Virus record (IMG/VR): IMGVR_UViG_3300047323_000428
Span: 1 to 21,207 of that record
DNA length: 21,207 nucleotides
From: a virus
Lineage: Duplodnaviria; Heunggongvirae; Uroviricota; Caudoviricetes
Reading direction: 5' to 3' (one strand)
In this document: one piece after another, positions 20,377 through 21,207 of the stretch
Layout of the letters: each line of letters starts with the position of its first letter
How positions within the stretch are numbered: position 1 is the stretch's first letter
Position numbers and translations under genes: made by a program
Notes under the pieces: generated by a model
The model's database searches: none
Told to the model about the DNA's origin: nothing
What the model saw: the letters and a program-made list of their open reading frames with translations, nothing else

Positions 20377-21207
20377 TTAGACGTTCGAGACGCCTTGCAG
20401 ACGTGCGATGGAACGCGTGGACTTCAGCGCGAGGCCCGTATACCACTTCAGGCGGATACGCGTTGCGTCCTTGTTCTGCACCGTGCCGATGTTCTCGACG
20501 ACGATACCGGCGTTGCCACCACCGTAGATGCCGTGCAGGCCATCCAGTTCGTTCAGGCGCAGTGCGTAGACCGAGCACAGGTTCGAGCCCGTGCCGACCG
20601 ACTCGTTGGCACCCAGGAACTCGTTCATGATGATCGGCACGCCGTTGTGCGTGAGCATCGGGCGACCGAAGTTTTCCAACTGCTGCATCACAGCGTCGGT
20701 GCCGTAGGTCGCGCGCAGCAGGCCGCGGAATGCGCGGATCGTGCCACGACGCATCACCAGCACGTCAGCGCCGTTCGGCACTGCGTCGAGCAGCTCGTCC
20801 AGCATGGTCAGCGTGAGAGCGTTGCCGTTCGCGCCAGCCTTGATGGTTTGCGTGCCGCCAGCTTGCACAGCCAGGTTCGGCAGGCCGTCGAAGCTCTTCG
20901 GGTTTGCCGTTGCGTCGCCTTGAGCGAGCGTCTGGTGGAACACGCGCGCAACACCCTTCGCCTTCTTGGCGATCTGGATCGCCATCTGGTCGTTGGTGTC
21001 CGATTCCGTCGACTGCAGGAACTTGTCGATATCGACGTCGCCTGCGAGGATGCGCAGCTTCGTCACGACTTCCTGCACGGTCGATGCCGACTCGCTGACC
21101 GTGTCGTTCGGGTCGAGGAAGTCAGCGCCAGCCAGCGTGTCTTCGCGGTTGTAGACATACGCCTTGCCGTTCACGCCGACAAAGGGCAGGACCGAGAACA
21201 GGTCGTC
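20377..21207 (-). CDS. Major capsid protein (HK97 fold), 5'-truncated
   Basis: The frame is open to the window edge (DDLFSVLPFVGVNGKAYVYNRE...). LRILAGDVDIDKFL, FDGL, LDELLDAV, RLKWYTGLAL...ARLQGV are typical HK97-fold capsid motifs. Followed by a terminator. Confidence 0.92.
   Translation of the reverse strand, partial: DDLFSVLPFVGVNGKAYVYNREDTLAGADFLDPNDTVSESASTVQEVVTKLRILAGDVDIDKFLQSTESDTNDQMAIQIAKKAKGVARVFHQTLAQGDATANPKSFDGLPNLAVQAGGTQTIKAGANGNALTLTMLDELLDAVPNGADVLVMRRGTIRAFRGLLRATYGTDAVMQQLENFGRPMLTHNGVPIIMNEFLGANESVGTGSNLCSVYALRLNELDGLHGIYGGGNAGIVVENIGTVQNKDATRIRLKWYTGLALKSTRSIARLQGVSNV

Larger units (their letters stand above)
1..21207 (-). mobile_element. Siphovirus-type phage, prophage or phage-plasmid structural (head-neck-tail-fibre) module, partial
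   Basis: Uninterrupted co-oriented gene series from capsid to tail fibre, with abutting or overlapping stop/start codons. No host genes. No integrase, replication or lysis genes in the window, so lifestyle cannot be determined here. Confidence 0.97.

Noticed and set aside
1-21207. tRNA, rRNA, integrase, att site, lysis genes, defence or anti-defence genes
   Set aside because: No supporting sequence. Nearly all bases are accounted for by structural genes and short junctions.

Overview
The whole window is one GC-rich, minus-strand siphovirus virion-morphogenesis operon, truncated at both ends. In transcription order (right to left): HK97-fold major capsid protein (5' end outside the window), a 147-aa post-capsid protein, head-tail adaptor, a minor-capsid/MuF-like protein, head closure, tail terminator, HK97 gp10-like tail completion protein, major tail protein, tail assembly chaperone with a G GGA AAC -1 frameshift, 1606-aa tape measure protein, distal tail protein (gpM-like), gpL-like 4-Cys hub protein, NlpC/P60-only gpK analogue, a ~1891-aa gpI-gpJ fusion tail tip protein, two small proteins, and a >1061-aa lateral tail fibre. 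The fibre runs off the left edge and is missing from the supplied ORF track. From memory only, the capsid and tail tube resemble SSU5/pHCM2-type phage-plasmids, and the composition suggests a Burkholderiales host; no searches were run. The main feature the genes do not explain is a palindrome, AGTCA-N4-TGACT, found six times: five copies at gene junctions and one inside the NlpC/P60 gene. Its flanks differ between copies but stay self-complementary. It sits next to sigma70-like promoter elements and second hairpins, which suggests a dedicated regulatory or structural element of the late operon. The long plus-strand ORFs are antisense shadows.
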